Assembly: GCA_041303965.1 (NCBI GenBank)
Contig: JBFYOD010000037.1
Coordinates: forward strand, 8,693 to 72,692
Direction of reading: 5' to 3'
Length of the DNA: 64,000 bases
Origin: Candidatus Aminicenantes bacterium
Lineage (GTDB): Bacteria; Acidobacteriota; Aminicenantia; Aminicenantales; Saccharicenantaceae
Below are positions 39,331-47,422 of the stretch, one piece after another (position 1 is the stretch's first letter; every line of letters starts with the position of its first letter). The position numbers and the translations under genes were made by a program. A model generated the notes under the pieces. The model did no database searches, was not told the DNA's origin, and saw only the letters and a program-made list of their open reading frames with translations.

Positions 39331-39738
39331 TTATCCGGGAACGCGGCGGGCGTTCGCCCGGATGTACTCGACGATCTCCTGAAGGTCGTCGCCCGGGCCG
39401 AAGACCTTCCCCACGCCCATCTCCTTGAGCTCATCCTGGTCCTTGGTCGGAATGATCCCGCCGCCGGTGAGCAGCCGGTCGCCGAGGCCGGAGCTCTCCA
39501 TGAGCTCGCGGACCTTCCGGAAATTGGCCATATGGGCCCCGGACAGGATGGACAGGCCGATGACGTCGGCGTCCTCTTCGACGGCGGCCCGGACGATGGC
39601 ATCCGGCGTCTGCTGGAGGCCGAGATAGACGACCTCCATGCCCGCCTCGACCAGGGCCCGGGCGACGACCTTGGCGCCCCGGTCATGGCCGTCGAGGCCC
39701 GGTTTGGCGATGATGACCTTGATCTTTCGCTCCGCCAT
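39331..39738 (-). CDS. B12-binding small subunit of a split acyl-CoA mutase (IcmB/MCM-C-terminal-like)
   Basis: DxHxxG cobalamin-binding motif (LDGHDRGAK), 135 aa. Confidence 0.8.
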   Translation of the reverse strand: MAERKIKVIIAKPGLDGHDRGAKVVARALVEAGMEVVYLGLQQTPDAIVRAAVEEDADVIGLSILSGAHMANFRKVRELMESSGLGDRLLTGGGIIPTKDQDELKEMGVGKVFGPGDDLQEIVEYIRANARRVPG

Positions 39739-39762
39739 GGCATTGCCCTCTTTCTTGGATCG

Positions 39763-41406
39763 TTAATAGAACGGCTGTTCCCGGTATTTTCCGAAGACCG
39801 CCGTCAACGCGTCACTGATCTCTCCCAGCGTCGCGTACCGCCGGGCGCATTCGAGTAGGGGAGGCATCAAGTTCCGGCCGGAGGCCGCCGCGGTCTTGAG
39901 GGCGGACAGGCCGTCCCGGACCGCCCCGTTGTCGCGTCCGGCCTTGGTCCGCCGCAACCATGCGATATGATCCCTCTCCACGGACTCGTCGATCTCGAGC
40001 AGGGGGATCTCCAGTTCCTGGCCCGGGTTGGTGAATTCGTTGACCCCGACGTGAAACTTTTTCCGGCGGGACAGGGCGAGCTGGTATTCGTAGGCGGCCC
40101 GGGTGATCTCCCGCTGGAAAAAGCCGAGTTCGATGGCCTTGACGACGCCGCCGAGCTCGTCGATCTTCCGGAAATAGCGTTCGGCCTCCTCCTCGAGGTC
40201 GTTCGTGAGCTTTTCGAGGTAATAGGACCCTCCGAGGGGGTCGATGACGTTGGCCGCGCCGCTTTCGAAGGCGATGATCTGCTGGGTCCGGAGGGCGATC
40301 TCCACGGCCTTTTCCGAGGGCAGGGCCAGGGCCTCGTCCATGGAGTTCGTGTGCAGGCTCTGGCAGCCGCCGAGGACCCCGGCCAGGGCCTCGAGGGCCG
40401 TCCGGACGATGTTGATCTCGGGCTGCTGGGCCGTCAGGCTGCAGCCGGCCGTCTGGACGTGGAAGCGGCACAGCCAGGACCGCGGGTTTTTCGCCTGGTA
40501 CTTGTCCCGCATCGCCCGGGCCCAGATCCGCCGGGCCGCCCGCATCTTGGCGATCTCTTCGAAGAAATCGAGATGGGAGTTGAAGAAGAAAGACAGCCGG
40601 GGCGCGAAGTCCTCGATATCGAGGCCCGCCGCCAGAGCGTGTTCCACGTAGCAGAATCCGTCGGCCAGAGTGAAGGCCAGCTCCTGGGCGGCCGTGGAGC
40701 CGGCCTCGCGGATGTGATAACCGCTGATCGAGATGGTGTTCCACTGCGGGACCTTTTCGGCGCAGAAGGCCATGAGGTCCGTGATGAGGCGCAGGTGGGG
40801 CTCGGGGGGGAAGATCCACTCTTTTTGGGCGATGTATTCCTTGAGGATGTCGTTCTGGAGCGTCCCCCGGAGCTTGTCGAAGCCGACACCGTGCTTCTCC
40901 GCGTTGGCCAGGAACATGGCGAAGATCCAGGCCGCCGGGGCGTTGATCGTCATCGACGTCGAAACGCGGTCCAGCGGGATCCCGGCGAAGAGGCGTTCCA
41001 TGTCGGCGAGGGTGTCCACGGCGACGCCGGTCTTGCCCACCTCTCCGACGGCCAGCGGATGGTCGGAGTCAAGTCCGTAGAGGGTCGGGTTGTCGAAAGC
41101 GACCGAAAGGCCCGTCTGGCCCTTGTCGAGCAGGAAACGGTACCTCTCGTTCGTCTGGTCGGGAGTGCCCATGCCGGCGAACTGGCGCATGGTCCATAGC
41201 TTCCCCCGGTACATGGAGGGATGCACGCCCCGGGTGTAGGGGTAGTCTCCCGGCCAGCCGAGCCCGGTCTCGGGGTCGCTGCCGGCCAGGTCCTCCCATG
41301 TGTAGAGGGGCTGGAGGGGGCGTCCGGAGATCGATGAGAAATCCGCGTCGCGGAGTCCGCTTCCTTTGTATTTTTCTTTCCAGGCTTCGTTATTCTTTTT
41401 TGCCAT
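39763..41406 (-). CDS. Acyl-CoA mutase large (substrate-binding TIM-barrel) subunit; isobutyryl-CoA mutase-like or methylmalonyl-CoA mutase
   Basis: 547 aa; conserved mutase regions ([18 protein letters not shown]); split large/small architecture and sizes match IcmA/IcmB, but specificity residues not resolved by eye. Confidence 0.75.
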   Translation of the reverse strand: MAKKNNEAWKEKYKGSGLRDADFSSISGRPLQPLYTWEDLAGSDPETGLGWPGDYPYTRGVHPSMYRGKLWTMRQFAGMGTPDQTNERYRFLLDKGQTGLSVAFDNPTLYGLDSDHPLAVGEVGKTGVAVDTLADMERLFAGIPLDRVSTSMTINAPAAWIFAMFLANAEKHGVGFDKLRGTLQNDILKEYIAQKEWIFPPEPHLRLITDLMAFCAEKVPQWNTISISGYHIREAGSTAAQELAFTLADGFCYVEHALAAGLDIEDFAPRLSFFFNSHLDFFEEIAKMRAARRIWARAMRDKYQAKNPRSWLCRFHVQTAGCSLTAQQPEINIVRTALEALAGVLGGCQSLHTNSMDEALALPSEKAVEIALRTQQIIAFESGAANVIDPLGGSYYLEKLTNDLEEEAERYFRKIDELGGVVKAIELGFFQREITRAAYEYQLALSRRKKFHVGVNEFTNPGQELEIPLLEIDESVERDHIAWLRRTKAGRDNGAVRDGLSALKTAAASGRNLMPPLLECARRYATLGEISDALTAVFGKYREQPFY

Positions 41407-42385
41407 AGCCGGCCCTTTCTTCGGCGAGTTCGATCCGGATCCGCGAGCAGGCCCGTCGGATGTAGGGAAAGGGGGACCCGCCTATCTCGATCAGTTCCTC
41501 CGCGGCCGCGCGGATGGCAGCGTCCGCTCCGGCCAGCGCCGAATATCCGTCCCAGAGCTTCCGTTGGATGGCCGAGCGTATCTCCTGCTCCAGCCGGGTC
41601 CGGCGCTTTTCCCGGTAGCGCCCCGATTTGACGCAGTCCTGGACGAGGCGTTCGATCTCGGTCGACACCGCGTCCATCCCTTTATCTAGGAGAGCCGAGG
41701 CTTCCCGTACCGGGGGGAAGGGCTTCCCTTTCCGGACGGGGCTGATATCCATGAGAAAGCGCAGGGAATCGAGCAACGTCTCCGCGCCCTGGAGGTCCGC
41801 TTTGTTGATGAGGAACAGATCGGCGGCCTCGGTGATCCCGGCCTTCAGGGCTTGGATGACATCTCCCGTGCCGGGCTGGAGGACGAGGACGACGAGGTCG
41901 GAGCAGTCGAGAACATCGAGCTCGGCCTGGCCGACGCCGACCGTTTCGATAAAGATACGGTCGAGGCCGAAGGCGTCCAGGACGTCGGCCGCGTACGGCG
42001 TCGCCGGTGAGAGGCCGCCGTGGCCGCCGCGGGAGGCCATCGAGCGGATGAAGACATGATGGTCGTCGCCGAGGTCCTGCATGCGGACGCGGTCGCCGAG
42101 GAACGCTCCGCCCGAGAAGGGGCTGGTCGGGTCGACCGCCAGGATGCCCACGGCATGACCGTTTTGGACGGCTCGCCGGGCCAGGGCGGCGGTCACGGTG
42201 CTCTTGCCGACCCCCGGGGGCCCCGTGATCCCGATCCGTATCCCGCCCCTCTGAGCCGGGATGATCTTGTCCAATATCTCAGGGAGGGCCTCCGGCTCGT
42301 TTTCGACCGCCGTGATCAGCCGGGCGCAGGCGAGCCGGTCGCCTTCGAAAAATTTTTCCCAGAGGTCATGCGGAACGACGGTCAT
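41390..42385 (-). CDS. meaB: MeaB/ArgK-family G-protein chaperone of B12-dependent mutases
   Basis: Walker [17 protein letters not shown] GTPase motif; directly upstream of the mutase subunits. Confidence 0.8.
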   Translation of the reverse strand: MTVVPHDLWEKFFEGDRLACARLITAVENEPEALPEILDKIIPAQRGGIRIGITGPPGVGKSTVTAALARRAVQNGHAVGILAVDPTSPFSGGAFLGDRVRMQDLGDDHHVFIRSMASRGGHGGLSPATPYAADVLDAFGLDRIFIETVGVGQAELDVLDCSDLVVLVLQPGTGDVIQALKAGITEAADLFLINKADLQGAETLLDSLRFLMDISPVRKGKPFPPVREASALLDKGMDAVSTEIERLVQDCVKSGRYREKRRTRLEQEIRSAIQRKLWDGYSALAGADAAIRAAAEELIEIGGSPFPYIRRACSRIRIELAEERAGYGKKE

Positions 42386-42417
42386 TTGGCAACTTATTCC
42401 CTGTTCTTGAGGACCTA

Positions 42418-42446
42418 TTTATATCTTTTTATAAAACGCCCGTCAA
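42418..42446 (-). promoter_or_regulatory. Sigma70-like promoter candidate (TTGACG-17nt-TATAAA) for the meaB-mutase operon
   Basis: Read on the minus strand about 30 nt upstream of the meaB ATG, in an AT-rich patch. Confidence 0.3.
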
Positions 42447-42530
42447 TCACGTAAGCGGGGACGACGGGACTTCCCTGGGCTGGCCATGGCTTGTTCGTTA
42501 TGTTCAGATGCGCCCGTTTAATAAACGACC

Positions 42531-42855
42531 TTCTTATGATATCGGGGAAGTCCGGAATGAGGCGGCGATGGATGTCGCCCTGAAGACCCCCGTAGCGGGG
42601 GGGCGGCAGGGAGCGGACTCTGGGGAGCGACCGACAGCACTGCTCTGGAGCGACTCGAAGGAGCGGTGCTGGGAAATATCCGGATAAATCCACTCTTCCA
42701 AGATATCTATCAGAATTGAGGCTTCGGGTACTCAGCCTCAATTCTGCGGGTCGCTCGCTGAAGCTCGCTTCCCGCCGGTCCCCGGGGGCCGGGGGGCTAG
42801 GGGCGATATCCTGAGCGAAGCCGAATAGAGGACTTTCCCGATATCGTGATAAGAA
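42531..42855. repeat. MITE-like element: approx 325 bp, lower GC, bounded by ~50-bp imperfect terminal inverted repeats
   Basis: Left arm TTCTTATGATATCGGGGAAGTCC...GGATGTCGCCC; reverse complement of right arm TTCTTATCACGATATCGGGAAAGTCC...GGATATCGCCC (about 35/50 identical, near-perfect in the outer 23 nt); no credible ORF inside. Confidence 0.4.
42711..42746. repeat. Perfect 13-bp stem / 10-nt loop hairpin inside the MITE-like element
   Basis: CAGAATTGAGGCT-tcgggtactc-AGCCTCAATTCTG read directly; preceded by the palindrome AGATATCT. Confidence 0.6.
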
Positions 42856-42952
42856 TCCAAAAGAACGAGCGGCTCCGCTTAGACCCAGCGAATGGACGCT
42901 TCTGCCTCAAGACATGAGGCTGTCCCTCAGAAGCTTCGGGACTGTCTCTCGC

Positions 42953-43933
42953 TCAGCCAGCCATGAGACTGCAGATGGCGGCGACGTTGACCATATCGTC
43001 CGGCGAACAGCCGCGGCTGAGGTCGCAATAGGGCTTGTTGAGCCCTTGGACGATCGGGCCGACGGCCTCCGCCCCGGCCAGCCGTTCGGTCAGCTTGTAG
43101 CCGATGTTCCCGGCGTCGAGGTCGGGGAAGACGAGGACGTTGGCCTTGCCCGCGACCGGGCTGCCCTTGCACTTCCGCTCGCCGATCGAGGCGACCAGGG
43201 CGGCGTCGGCCTGCATCTCGCCGTCGAGGAGGAGATGGGGCGCCTTCTCCTTGGCGATCTTCGTCGCGCTCACGACCTTGTCGACGTCGGCGTGGGCGGC
43301 CGAGCCCTTGGTCGAAAACGAGAGCATGGCCACGCGGGGCTCCTCGCCCGTGACCGCCTGGAAGTTCTTGGCCGAGGTCAGGGCGATGTCGGCCAGCTGG
43401 GCTTCGGTCGGATTGGGGACGACGGCGCAGTCGGCGTAGCAGAGGAGCTTCTCGGGAAAGACCATGATAAAGTAGCTCGAAACGGTCGAGATCCCGGGCG
43501 CCGTGCCGACCGTGTGGATGGCGGCCCGGATGACATCGCCTGTGGCCGAGATGTTGCCGCCGACGACGGCCCCGACCCGGCCGGTCTCGAGGAGCAGCCC
43601 GGCGAAGTAGAGGGGGCTCTTGGCCGCTTCGGCGGCCTGTTCGAGGGTCCAGCCCTTGGCCTTTCTCTTTTCGAGAAGGACGTTGACGAGTTCGTTCTTG
43701 CCTTCGAACGTCAGCGGGTCGACGATGGGGATGCCGCCGATCTCGAGACCGTTGTCCCGGGCGATCTTTTCGATGGCTGTCGGGTTGCCGACGAGCCAGG
43801 GTTCGGCGATCTTCCCGCTTTTGAGGGTCAATGCCGCCTTCAGGGTCCTCGGATCTTCCGCGTCGGGGAAGGCGATCCGGAGGAACTTCTTGGCGGCCTT
43901 TTGACGGATGTCGGAGATGAAAGTATTCGCCAT
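42953..43933 (-). CDS. pta: Phosphate acetyltransferase / phosphate butyryltransferase (short Pta-PtB form)
   Basis: 326-aa phosphotransacylase fold with conserved C-terminal region (DAGNIGYK, SRGCS). Confidence 0.85.
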   Translation of the reverse strand: MANTFISDIRQKAAKKFLRIAFPDAEDPRTLKAALTLKSGKIAEPWLVGNPTAIEKIARDNGLEIGGIPIVDPLTFEGKNELVNVLLEKRKAKGWTLEQAAEAAKSPLYFAGLLLETGRVGAVVGGNISATGDVIRAAIHTVGTAPGISTVSSYFIMVFPEKLLCYADCAVVPNPTEAQLADIALTSAKNFQAVTGEEPRVAMLSFSTKGSAAHADVDKVVSATKIAKEKAPHLLLDGEMQADAALVASIGERKCKGSPVAGKANVLVFPDLDAGNIGYKLTERLAGAEAVGPIVQGLNKPYCDLSRGCSPDDMVNVAAICSLMAG

Positions 43934-44040
43934 GGATGACTCCTTTGGGATGTCCGCGATATCCAGGATAGCCGTTATACTGCATCGGGGCCGAAGGTGT
44001 CAACCGGCCCCAAAAGCGCCGTCCGGGTGTCGCGGGCCGG

Positions 44041-44547
44041 TCAGCTCTCCATGCTGATCTCGGGGATGTCGAACCAGTAACCGTTCCCAGCGACCGCGTT
44101 CATCTCCGCCTGGACGATGGCCTGGTGGCCGTGCTCGATCTCGACGAACCGTTCGAACAGGGGCCGGCCCTCGGGGGGAAGTTCCTTGACGACGCGGCCG
44201 TAAAACGCGCTCGTTTCGAGCTCGACGTCGAGGGCCCTCTTGAGGAGCCGCATTTCCGCCTCCGGCGCTTTCCTCGCGACACGGCTCTGGAGCGTCTGGA
44301 CGCCCTCGTCGATGCGCTCGCGCGAAGGCACGACCGTGCCGAGGGAGGCGGCCGTCACCCGGCCTGTGGCCTTCCACTCGGTCAGCCGGGATTCGAGGTA
44401 GGCGACGTGCTGCTGCTCCTCCTTGACCAGGGCGGCGAAGATCTTCTTGCCGGTTTCGTCTTCGCTCGACCGGGTGGCCTCTTCATAGACCTGAACGACT
44501 CTTTTCTCGTACTGAATGGCCGTCTTGATGGCTTCTTCGATAGTCAT
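44041..44547 (-). CDS. Rubrerythrin/ferritin-like diiron protein (no rubredoxin tail)
   Basis: Two ExxH diiron motifs (EEQQHVAYLE, EIEHGHQ); start trimmed to MTIEEAIK with GGAGGAGGA RBS. Confidence 0.6.
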   Translation of the reverse strand: MTIEEAIKTAIQYEKRVVQVYEEATRSSEDETGKKIFAALVKEEQQHVAYLESRLTEWKATGRVTAASLGTVVPSRERIDEGVQTLQSRVARKAPEAEMRLLKRALDVELETSAFYGRVVKELPPEGRPLFERFVEIEHGHQAIVQAEMNAVAGNGYWFDIPEISMES

Positions 44548-44558
44548 GGATCCTCCTC

Positions 44559-45050
44559 CTAATTTTCTGGAATGGTGCTGGCCGGCCTTTCGTAATCGAC
44601 GATGGTCGCCAGCAGCAGCCGCCTCAAAGTCGCCAGGCGCCTGCTGATGGCCCGGGCCAGCCGCCTCATCACGATGAACCCGAACTCCGGGTTCTTCGAA
44701 AGGTAGTCGAGAAAACGGGGGCCATCGATGGCCACGGCCTGGACTTCCGTGACGGCCTCGGCCGAGCTGTTGTGCTGGCTCTGGCCGACGACGGTGGAGA
44801 AACCGAACGCCTGGCCCGGGGTCTCGAGCGTCGCCAGGGTGACCGGCTCGGGCAGGGAGGAAGCGTGGATAGTCAGGCGGACGGTACCATTCAAGAGCAG
44901 GAAAGCCCATTCCGATGCCCGCTCCGGAGAAAAAATGATCTCGCCGGGGGAGTAACGCTTCTTCTCGGCGATGGCTGAGACCGCCTCGAGGGCCCGCTCG
45001 GGCAGCCCCTCGAAGAGCTCCAGCCCGGCCAGCTCTTTCGTGTCGACCAT
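44559..45050 (-). CDS. Cyclic-nucleotide-binding (Crp/Fnr-type effector domain) protein without an obvious HTH
   Basis: cNMP-binding beta-roll region (GEIIFSPERASEWAFLLLNGTVRL); only about 163 aa after trimming to MVDTKEL. Confidence 0.55.
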   Translation of the reverse strand: MVDTKELAGLELFEGLPERALEAVSAIAEKKRYSPGEIIFSPERASEWAFLLLNGTVRLTIHASSLPEPVTLATLETPGQAFGFSTVVGQSQHNSSAEAVTEVQAVAIDGPRFLDYLSKNPEFGFIVMRRLARAISRRLATLRRLLLATIVDYERPASTIPEN

Positions 45051-45073
45051 ATCCGCCTCCTTCCTCCCCGCCG

Positions 45074-46570
45074 TCAGCGGCGGAGGTACCTGTCGATCTC
45101 GGCGGCCGCGGTCCGCGCGTCGCCCATGGCCAGGATGACCGTGGCCCCGCCGCGGATGATGTCGCCCCCGGCGTAGACGCCCGGCAGGCTCGTGGCCATG
45201 GTCGTCCAATCGACTTCGACGTTCCCCCACTTGCCCATCTTGAGCCCGGGCGTCGTCTGGGGGATGAGCGGGTTCGGGCTCTGTCCGATGGCGCAGACGA
45301 CGAGGTCGACGTCCAGCGTGTATTCGGAGCCCTCGATCGGAACGGGACGCCTCCGGCCCGAGGCGTCCGGTTCGCCCAATCCCATCTTCTGGCACTCCAT
45401 CGCCCGGAGGCGGCCTTGCGCGTCGCCGATATAGCGGATGGGCGTCGTCAGGAGCTGGAATTCGATCCCTTCTTCTTCGGCGTGGTGGATCTCTTCCGTC
45501 CGGGCGGGCATTTCGGTCCGTGACCGGCGGTAGACGATGACGGCGCGTTCGGCGCCCAGACGCTTGGCCGTCCGGACGGAGTCCATGGCCACGTTGCCGC
45601 CGCCGATGACGGCGGCCGTCCGGGCCTGGAACACGGGCGTGTCGTAGGCTGGGAAATCATAGGCCCGCATGAGGTTGACCCGGGTCAGGTATTCGTTGGC
45701 CGAGTAGACGCCGACGAGGTTCTCGCCGGGGATCTTCATGAAGTTGGGCAATCCCGCGCCCGAGCCGATGAAGAAGGCCTCATAGCCCTCGTTCTTGAGG
45801 TCGTCGATCGTCGCGGTCATGCCCACGACGAAGCTCGTCCGGATTTCGACGCCGAGGCGCCGGAGATAGTCGACTTCGGCTTTGAGGATGGCTTTGGGGA
45901 GCCGGAATTCCGGAATGCCGTAAATGAGAACGCCGCCGGATTCATGGAGGGCCTCGAAAACCGTGACCTTGTGCCCGAGCTTGGCCAGGTCGCCGGCCAC
46001 GGTCAATCCGGCCGGGCCGGCGCCGATGACGGCGACTTTCTTGCCGGTAGGCGAGGGGAGCGGCGGGATGTTGACCGAGCCGCTCAGCCGCTCGAAATCG
46101 GAGGCAAACCGCTCCAGGTTCCCGATGGCCACGGGGACGCCGGAGGCTTTCTTCATGGCGCAGAGTTCCTCGCACTGGCTTTCCTGAGGACAGACACGGC
46201 CGCAGATGGCCGGCAGTGAATTGGTTTCTTTGAGCTTCCAGGCCGCGGCCAGGAACTCCCCCCGTTCGATGAGCTTGATAAAACTGGGGATGTCGATCGA
46301 CACCGGACAGCCCGCGACGCACTGGGGGTTGGCGCAGTCGAGACAGCGGCGGGCCTCAGCCAGGGCCATTTCCTGCGTCAGGCCGAGGTTGACCTCCTTG
46401 AAGTCCTTGTTCCGTTCGTCGGCCGGCCGCTCCGGCATCTTCTGGCGGACCTGCTTCATCCGGTCCTTGGGCGGGACGGCCTTTCGCAGGTCTTTCCGCC
46501 AGTCTTTTTCGAACTCCGCCCTCAGCTTCTCCTTCAGCTCCGGGGCCAGTTCTTTCTTTTCCTCGGCCAT
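45074..46570 (-). CDS. GltD/NfnB-like NAD(P)H:ferredoxin oxidoreductase large subunit (FAD, 2x[4Fe-4S])
   Basis: N-terminal CLDCANPQCVAGCP and CGRVCPQESQCEELC iron-sulfur motifs, two Rossmann GxGxxG (VIGAGPAGL, VIGGGNVAMD); 498 aa. Confidence 0.8.
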   Translation of the reverse strand: MAEEKKELAPELKEKLRAEFEKDWRKDLRKAVPPKDRMKQVRQKMPERPADERNKDFKEVNLGLTQEMALAEARRCLDCANPQCVAGCPVSIDIPSFIKLIERGEFLAAAWKLKETNSLPAICGRVCPQESQCEELCAMKKASGVPVAIGNLERFASDFERLSGSVNIPPLPSPTGKKVAVIGAGPAGLTVAGDLAKLGHKVTVFEALHESGGVLIYGIPEFRLPKAILKAEVDYLRRLGVEIRTSFVVGMTATIDDLKNEGYEAFFIGSGAGLPNFMKIPGENLVGVYSANEYLTRVNLMRAYDFPAYDTPVFQARTAAVIGGGNVAMDSVRTAKRLGAERAVIVYRRSRTEMPARTEEIHHAEEEGIEFQLLTTPIRYIGDAQGRLRAMECQKMGLGEPDASGRRRPVPIEGSEYTLDVDLVVCAIGQSPNPLIPQTTPGLKMGKWGNVEVDWTTMATSLPGVYAGGDIIRGGATVILAMGDARTAAAEIDRYLRR

Positions 46571-46588
46571 GTTCTTCCGTCCCTCGTT

Positions 46589-47422
46589 CTAGGGAAGCTC
46601 GATCTCCTCGTAGCGGCAGAGCGACCGGATCTCGTCGTCGAAATAGGATTTCCGGCGCATGAACAGTTCCTCCCAATCCACCTCGTGGGCGTCGAAGTCC
46701 GGCCCGTCGACGCAGGCGAACTTCGTCTTGCCTGCGGCCGTGCAGCGGCAGGCGCCGCACATACCCGTGCCGTCGACCATGATCGGGTTCAGGCTGACGA
46801 TCGTCTTGATGCCCAGCGGCTTCGTGGCCTGGGCGCAAGCGTACATGAGATAAGTGCAGCCGACCGAGATGACGCGGGCGACCGGGGCCTCCGTCTTCAG
46901 GACCTCCTCGAGCGGCCCCGGGATGAACTCCTTAGAGGCCAGGGCGTGGTCGCGCGAAGAATAGATAATCCTGTCGCAAACCGAACGGTAGCGGTCCTTC
47001 CAGTAGACCGCGTAGTCCGCTTTGGCGTCGATCACGGCGATGACCCTGTTTCCGGCGGCCTTGAGGGCCCGGGCGGTCGGCCAAAGGGCGCCGATGCCGA
47101 AGCAGCCGGCGGCCAGTATGACCGTCCCAAACGCAGCGATCTCGGAGGGCCGGCCGAGCGGTCCGACAAAGACCGGGACCTCGTCGCCGGCTTTAAGGGC
47201 GGCCAGCTTGCGGGTCGACGTCCCGACGACCAGGAAGACCGCTGTGACCGAGCCCCGCTCGGCGTCCCAATCGGCGATGGACAGCGGGATGCGCTCGCCC
47301 CGCTCGTCCGGCATGATGATGACGAACTGACCGGGCCGGCATTTCCGGGCCACTTCGGGAGCGTGGATCTCGAGGAGATGCAGGTTGGGCACGAGTCGTC
47401 TTTGGTCAAGGATTATCGGCAT
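46589..47422 (-). CDS. NfnA/SudB-like small subunit (FAD/NAD-binding ferredoxin-reductase fold with C-terminal [2Fe-2S])
   Basis: 277 aa; PyrK-like fold, C-terminal GMCGACRC...C cluster motif. Confidence 0.75.
   Translation of the reverse strand: MPIILDQRRLVPNLHLLEIHAPEVARKCRPGQFVIIMPDERGERIPLSIADWDAERGSVTAVFLVVGTSTRKLAALKAGDEVPVFVGPLGRPSEIAAFGTVILAAGCFGIGALWPTARALKAAGNRVIAVIDAKADYAVYWKDRYRSVCDRIIYSSRDHALASKEFIPGPLEEVLKTEAPVARVISVGCTYLMYACAQATKPLGIKTIVSLNPIMVDGTGMCGACRCTAAGKTKFACVDGPDFDAHEVDWEELFMRRKSYFDDEIRSLCRYEEIELP

Noticed and set aside
42386-42530. Possible cobalamin riboswitch upstream of the meaB-mutase operon
   Set aside because: Nothing that convincingly reads as a B12-box or the conserved riboswitch core; the segment is short and mostly promoter-like AT-rich sequence. 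Not excluded without a covariance-model search.
42548-42575. GGGGAAGUCCGGAAUGAGGCGG resembling the RNase P P4 strand or SRP RNA domain IV (GUCCGGAAGGAAGCAGC)
   Set aside because: The partner conserved motifs are absent or at the wrong spacing (only about 125 nt to the next CCGG-UAA motif). The same GGGRAAGTCC block recurs in reverse complement at the other end, which fits an inverted-repeat element rather than these RNAs.
42867-42885. Terminator-like hairpin after pta (minus strand AGCGG-agc-CCGCT followed by CGTTCTTTTGG)
   Set aside because: Stem only 5 bp and the T-run is interrupted; too weak to call.
43934-44040. GGGGCCG-aaggtgtcaa-CGGCCCC hairpin between pta and the rubrerythrin gene as a terminator
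   Set aside because: No U-tract on the relevant (minus) strand; more likely part of the pta promoter/leader.
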